This document shows, piece by piece, positions 58,907-64,000 of a stretch of DNA of 64,000 bases. The notes beneath the pieces were generated by a model. It saw nothing but the letters and a program-made list of their open reading frames with translations, did not search any database and was not told the DNA's origin. Position 1 is the stretch's first letter. Every line of letters starts with the position of its first letter. Source of the DNA: Chthonomonadaceae bacterium (lineage in GTDB: Bacteria; Armatimonadota; Chthonomonadetes; Chthonomonadales; Chthonomonadaceae); contig CBDIDV010000002.1 in NCBI GenBank assembly GCA_965277875.1, positions 4,578,997 through 4,642,996 on the forward strand, in the 5' to 3' direction. Made by a program: the position numbers and the translations under genes.

Positions 58907-59812
58907 ATGAACCGCAAGGGCTTCACCCTGATCGAACTGCTCGTCGTGATCGCGATAATCGCGATTCTCGCCGCCATCCTGTTCCCCGTCTTCGGGCGGG
59001 TTCGCGAGCAGGTGCGCCAGTCGCAGTGCATGACGCAGATGCACCAGATTGATGTGGCGGTCAAGCAATTTTATGAGGACAACGGCAAGTATCCCGCTTC
59101 CCTATACGGTTTTGCCGAGATAAGGCACAGCGCGAACCAACTACCCAGCTTTGTAACGGCCACCGGCTCCAACCTGCAAAGCACGAGTCAGATGTATTAT
59201 AAGCCGCTGTTCAATAAGCAGAAACTGCTCAATGACAACGCCATTTTCCTTTGTCCCGACACGCGCGACAAGACGCAGGCGGGGCCGGGAGGGACAGCCA
59301 CGACGCAGTTGGTAACGAACGCGGTCTACCCGTCCATGAGCGGTATACAAAGCGGAAACTACACTTGGACATTGTTCATGTGGCGCAACCTGGGCCGTGA
59401 CCGTCTTATCAACGGCATCGCCGAGTTCAACAACTACAACGGCAAATCCGTTTATTTTTACAAGGCCGACAACTACGATGTGCAGCCCAAGCCCAATGCC
59501 ACTCTGGACGGCCCGGACACATCAGGTGCGTATGAGGTACATTACGCGCTGGACTGGACGGGAACAAGTTCCGATCCGACGGGCGCGGCCATCAAAGCCG
59601 AGAACGCAAAAGGCATCTACACGAATCAGTTGAAATACGGCAGGCTGTGCGATGACTCGCATACCGTAGTGACGTGGTGCAGCGACCATCTTCTCAATGC
59701 GGGCAGCGACAAGGTGATCCTCCTGACGCTGGGCGGGGCTACCAAAGCCGTAGACAAGAAAACGTTTTACAACGCGGGGTCGAAGCAGGGGCCGCTGTTT
59801 ATCTTGAAGTAA
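58907..59812 (+). CDS. type IV pilin-like protein
   Basis: [29 protein letters not shown] class III signal. AAAGGAA ribosome-binding site. Confidence 0.8.
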   Translation: MNRKGFTLIELLVVIAIIAILAAILFPVFGRVREQVRQSQCMTQMHQIDVAVKQFYEDNGKYPASLYGFAEIRHSANQLPSFVTATGSNLQSTSQMYYKPLFNKQKLLNDNAIFLCPDTRDKTQAGPGGTATTQLVTNAVYPSMSGIQSGNYTWTLFMWRNLGRDRLINGIAEFNNYNGKSVYFYKADNYDVQPKPNATLDGPDTSGAYEVHYALDWTGTSSDPTGAAIKAENAKGIYTNQLKYGRLCDDSHTVVTWCSDHLLNAGSDKVILLTLGGATKAVDKKTFYNAGSKQGPLFILK

Positions 59813-59995
59813 CGCGCAGAGTATAGTCGGCTCCAATAACGTCCGCGTGACAAACTGGCTCACGACGCAAGTACGCAGAGGATTTACCGTCCGCAGGACG
59901 ATGTCCTTCGCTGCGCGTGGACGCCCGGCCGAAGGCCCTGTTATTCGGTGGAAAATTTAGAAAGTATATACCGGATACTTGTGCGGGAGAATAGC

Positions 59996-61000
59996 ATGAA
60001 GACAAACCGAATAGGACACACTCAGAGCGCGTTCACCTTGATCGAACTGCTCGTGGTCATCGCGATTATTTCGATTCTTGCAGCCATACTGTTCCCGGTC
60101 TTCGCGACCGTGCGCGAGTCGGCGCGGCAAAGCAGTACCATGACCAACATGCACACCGTCTATCTGGGCGCGCGACTGTACTATGAAGACGAGGGACACT
60201 ATCCGAGTTCTCTGTTCGGCTACGCCGAAGGGCCAACGAACTTCCCACCAGGCCCTTCCAGCCCATCGGCCTACGTTCTCACATCGGGCAGCGCGACCAA
60301 TGCAACACCGATGGATCAGGCGACGGAGAACTTCGCCACTGCGGGGGGCAACGGAGTCCTCAATAAGGGCTATTTGTACCGCGAACAAGTCAAAGATTTT
60401 AACACCTTCGTCAACTCCATCAATCCCGTCGCCAAGCAGCAGAACGGGAAGACACAGGTGACGTCTGTTATATACCCCACCACCCTGCCCGCGCTTGTGA
60501 GTGGCGGTACGCCTTCCGGCACAGTGAAATGGAATGACACAGCTCCCAGCGGAACCTGTCCCAAATCGCCTGACGCTGACTCACCCACCTTTAGCGGCTC
60601 ATCCTACAACGGCATCCCCAAGATATACTATAAGATGGACAGCATGGACATCGGGCCGGCGCTGACAACCGACACCAACGGCAATGTCGTTCCCGTAATG
60701 AATGGAAACAATTTCGTCTACGAACTGCACTATTCGCCGGACTGGACAAAAGAGCGTTTCGATCCAACCAACAACTGTGACGAGCAGGTTATTGGCGGCG
60801 TCAACAAAGCAATCGTGGCGCAGTTGAAGTACAAGAACCCGCCGACCGAGCGCACGGTTCTGACGTATATCACGGATCACGTCGCCTACAACAACAACAA
60901 CAAGGTGCTGATCCTGCTGATGAGCGGCACGGCTCGGACAATGGACGCCAAGCAGGCTATCACGTCCACCAGCGGACACGTCCTGCCGCTCGGCTATTGA
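59996..61000 (+). CDS. type IV pilin-like protein
   Basis: [42 protein letters not shown] ribosome-binding site. Confidence 0.8.
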   Translation: MKTNRIGHTQSAFTLIELLVVIAIISILAAILFPVFATVRESARQSSTMTNMHTVYLGARLYYEDEGHYPSSLFGYAEGPTNFPPGPSSPSAYVLTSGSATNATPMDQATENFATAGGNGVLNKGYLYREQVKDFNTFVNSINPVAKQQNGKTQVTSVIYPTTLPALVSGGTPSGTVKWNDTAPSGTCPKSPDADSPTFSGSSYNGIPKIYYKMDSMDIGPALTTDTNGNVVPVMNGNNFVYELHYSPDWTKERFDPTNNCDEQVIGGVNKAIVAQLKYKNPPTERTVLTYITDHVAYNNNNKVLILLMSGTARTMDAKQAITSTSGHVLPLGY

Positions 61001-61291
61001 GATCCAGCCTCGATACGCAAACAGCCGTAAATCATGGAAATAAATGGGCGGGGAAGTCACGCAAAAGCAACACTTCCCCGCCTGCCTTATGTCACAATAA
61101 CTCCGGTCGGTAAATATGCCGGCCATGTAGGTATGCGTCGAGCAAGTGGAACTCCCGCCTGCGTTGGCAGCAGGCACAGGGCGGGGCATCGGAACAAAGG
61201 TTTTCAAGCCGTCGTCGTAAACAGGAGGGTCATGCTTGACGCTCTCCTGCCCGTGTTCCTTTCCAGTTCGTTTTTCAGTCAGACTAAAACC

Positions 61292-63478
61292 ATGAAATCA
61301 CGACAACAGAACCTTTACCAGAACAGGTTGATAATGCCCGCCTCGACGCGTCCCCTGTCTGCGTTCCGCCGCCGCGCCTGTTATGGAGCGCGCGCCGGAT
61401 TCTCGCTGCTTGAAGTCCTGGTGGTTCTGGTCGTGCTGCTCATCGGCATTCTGTCTATTTTGCAGTTGTTTCCCGGCGGCTTTCTGGTGATAGCGCGGAC
61501 GGCGGAGCAGACGATGGCCGTGCAGCTTGCCGGTCAGCAGTTGGACGCGCAGCGCGCCCTGTCCGTGCAGCCCGACTACATCGTTCCGGGCCTGCCCGAC
61601 AAATCCGGCAACATCCACGAGATCTCCAGCATCCGACCTGACGACACCACGCAGGAAACGGACACGAGCATCGCCGATTACAGCAGCGGCAGTAAAAGCA
61701 ACCCGGCCGATGTATTTACGCTGCCCGACAACTATCCCGGCTACTTCTTCTCCGACATCAACCGCCTGCGCTACATCAAGGGCGAGACCCTGCATGTGCC
61801 GGTCGCCAACCCGAACATCAAAAACAACAATTATCAGCCCATCGGCTCGTTCTACACGCTCCAATTTGGTCCGGCCTACAACTTCTTCAACTCCGATACG
61901 ACGCAGAACCCGAACGGGTGCAGCGTCAAGGTGTACGGCGCGGCATTAGCGCGCACTATCCAGAGCAGCATCGCCACCCTGGATCAGCCCGACAGCCGCG
62001 CCCTGCTGCAAAACGACAACCAGTACGCCATTGACTACGTGAACCATCGCATCGCCTTTTTCCCCCGCGTGGGCAAAACAGGCGCAGCGCGCAGCCGGAC
62101 GTTCAACATCACGCTCGATTACTATAACACGTCCTCCAATCCGCCCGTACTGATGCACCTGTCCGGGTCTATTCCCGTGCCGGATTTAGACGCCACTCTC
62201 GTGGCGTCGGGCGTGGCCCCGCAGGCTGTGTGGCAGGAGATTTTCCTCGCGGCCAACTTTCCGGGCATGACGCTGCCGAGCGTGACGGATCAGAGTAATA
62301 TCCGCTCCGAAAGCGAAGATGTCAGCCGCCAGTTCAAGTTGATTACTATAGACAGCACCGGCGCGGCAGTATCGCCTCCTACTTTTATCGGCGCGGCGAA
62401 CGGCCCGCAGTGGTCGGATGATCCCTATGAGTACGCGTGGTACAGCGCGCAGCAGGGTTCGCTCAACGCCAACCCCGGCACGCTGCTGTTCAATCCCAGC
62501 GGGCATCTGTCGTTCGCGGTCAACAGCAATGTGAGCGACACGCAGACGCAGATCGCCGGACAGGCGTATGCCAACGCGCAGGCGCTCGTGGCCCGCATAG
62601 ACTATCTGGTTTACGACAATCATATCATCCGCGACCAGCGTACCATGCCCTCCGGCGGGCCGTACACCGTGAAGCTGACCCTGCCCAATGTGCTGACAAA
62701 CGGCGATCTGCTTGACGACGCCAGTACCTTCAACGGCATTTTTCAGGGTTCCTCGACCGGAACCTCCGACGTTCTGGTGATTGACGCCAACGACGGCACG
62801 GAACTTTGCGAGATACAGCAGGGCGCGGCGACGGGCAGCAGTATCCTGGGCGTGGACGCTCTGGACGCCACGGCGGGAACCATCACGTTCAAGACCACCT
62901 ACATGGACCCGAACAACAGCAATATCCGGGGCGTGGAAGATCTGAACCTGCAGGGCAGGCCGCTGCGGATCCTCTATCGGACGCAGAAGAACTGGGGCCA
63001 GCAGGTGCAAAAGGCCAGCAGCGTGTACGCGCCCGTCTCGGCCTCCGCTCAGGTGACATATACCACCTATTTTGTGGGCGACGGCACGGGCGGCAGCAGC
63101 AAGACGCGCATCTACTTTGCGCCGTCCGAATCCGGTAAGACCGTCAACATCGGTGAATTCTACCTGATGACGGCCACGGGCAGCATCTTCGCGCCGTTCA
63201 AGAACGAGACCTTTCAAATTCAGGACGACCGGGCGCAGTACGACGCCGTTGGCCTGCCGTTCATTGACATCACCACGACGCACATCAATTCCGACAGCGA
63301 ACATCTGGCAAACGGCGCGACCGGGCCGGAGCCGATCACGGGCTTTACGGCCAAGCCCACGGGCCGCGCGATCAACAGTGTGCGCGGATTGTCCATCAAG
63401 TCCCGCGTGATGTGGAAAAGCAGCAGCCGCTTCCGCACCATTGACCAGGACAGCATCCTGCCCACCGACCGCCTGTAA
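61292..63478 (+). CDS. large (about 730 aa) pilin-like protein with class III signal peptide (minor pilin / tip-adhesin candidate); start at 61292 or 61334
   Basis: ...ARAGFSLLEVLVVLVVLLIGILSILQLF prepilin motif followed by a ~650-aa beta-rich domain. Confidence 0.65.
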   Translation: MKSRQQNLYQNRLIMPASTRPLSAFRRRACYGARAGFSLLEVLVVLVVLLIGILSILQLFPGGFLVIARTAEQTMAVQLAGQQLDAQRALSVQPDYIVPGLPDKSGNIHEISSIRPDDTTQETDTSIADYSSGSKSNPADVFTLPDNYPGYFFSDINRLRYIKGETLHVPVANPNIKNNNYQPIGSFYTLQFGPAYNFFNSDTTQNPNGCSVKVYGAALARTIQSSIATLDQPDSRALLQNDNQYAIDYVNHRIAFFPRVGKTGAARSRTFNITLDYYNTSSNPPVLMHLSGSIPVPDLDATLVASGVAPQAVWQEIFLAANFPGMTLPSVTDQSNIRSESEDVSRQFKLITIDSTGAAVSPPTFIGAANGPQWSDDPYEYAWYSAQQGSLNANPGTLLFNPSGHLSFAVNSNVSDTQTQIAGQAYANAQALVARIDYLVYDNHIIRDQRTMPSGGPYTVKLTLPNVLTNGDLLDDASTFNGIFQGSSTGTSDVLVIDANDGTELCEIQQGAATGSSILGVDALDATAGTITFKTTYMDPNNSNIRGVEDLNLQGRPLRILYRTQKNWGQQVQKASSVYAPVSASAQVTYTTYFVGDGTGGSSKTRIYFAPSESGKTVNIGEFYLMTATGSIFAPFKNETFQIQDDRAQYDAVGLPFIDITTTHINSDSEHLANGATGPEPITGFTAKPTGRAINSVRGLSIKSRVMWKSSSRFRTIDQDSILPTDRL

Positions 63479-63590
63479 AATGCCCTCACCCCCGGCCCCT
63501 GTCCCACGCGTGGGACAGGGGAGCAGTCAAGTGAGCGCGACACATTAACATCAAGAACCGTCTGGAACATAAACACGCCATGACCGCAAC

Positions 63591-64000
63591 GCAACCTGAA
63601 AATATCGTTTCGCGCCCCGGCTTTGGGCTGCACCGCGTCCGCGCCGCGTTCACGCTGATCGAACTATTGGTCGTGATCGCGCTGACCGTGATCCTGTTTA
63701 CCCTCGTCTTTGTGCCGCTGATTGACAGCCTTAACCTGACAAGCCGGGCCAGCACGCAGATCGAGGCGCAGGGTTCGGCGCGGGACGTGATGCGGCAGAT
63801 ACAGGCGGAACTGAGCGCGCCCGTATACGTGTACGACAACGGCGCGACCGGAACCAACCTGGGCGATCCCGATGGGCGCGTGAACCTGTGGATGTACGGG
63901 CAGTTCGCGCAGGGCGTGAACGATGACCCGACCACGGGCAGCGCGTATGTCGTGCCGCTGCGCTTCGGCATGGTAGAGTTTATCGAGGCCGCGAGCCAGT
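63591..64000 (+). CDS. pseudopilin (GspH/FimT-like), partial at the window end
   Basis: [47 protein letters not shown]. Confidence 0.7.

Overview
High-GC (~65%) chromosomal segment from a diderm bacterium. LptFGB and LptA/LptC-like genes indicate LPS export. The many class-III-signal 'prepilin + DUF1559 (H-X9-DG)' proteins suggest a Planctomycetota/Armatimonadota-like lineage. The first ~38 kb is mostly housekeeping: hisG, rhodanese sulfurtransferase, DapA-family lyase, enolase, valS, a bifunctional sugar-1-P nucleotidyltransferase/phosphomannomutase, rlmN, an NfeD/flotillin pair and transketolase. Interspersed in it are three tandem DUF1559 pseudopilin cassettes, a ParDE and a VapBC toxin-antitoxin pair, and an lptC-lptA-lptB-lptFG block. 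At 38.3-42.7 kb an IS5-family element, itself interrupted by a nested IS3-family element, has split a large secreted beta-helix/beta-propeller protein gene. From 48.6 kb to the window end lies a type IV pilus-like cluster (pilB, pilB', pilT, pilC', pilC, pilD and at least five pilins). In it pilB is followed by a catalytically degenerate N-terminally truncated paralog and pilC is preceded by a truncated paralog. Three small proteins of unknown function sit inside the cluster. The window also carries at least six families of short repeats. One polypurine/polypyrimidine family occurs in frame inside valS twice. One MITE-like family has a conserved core with co-varying outer stems. One palindromic family has ends that supply the TGA stop codons of flanking genes. 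No rRNA, tRNA or CRISPR array is visible.
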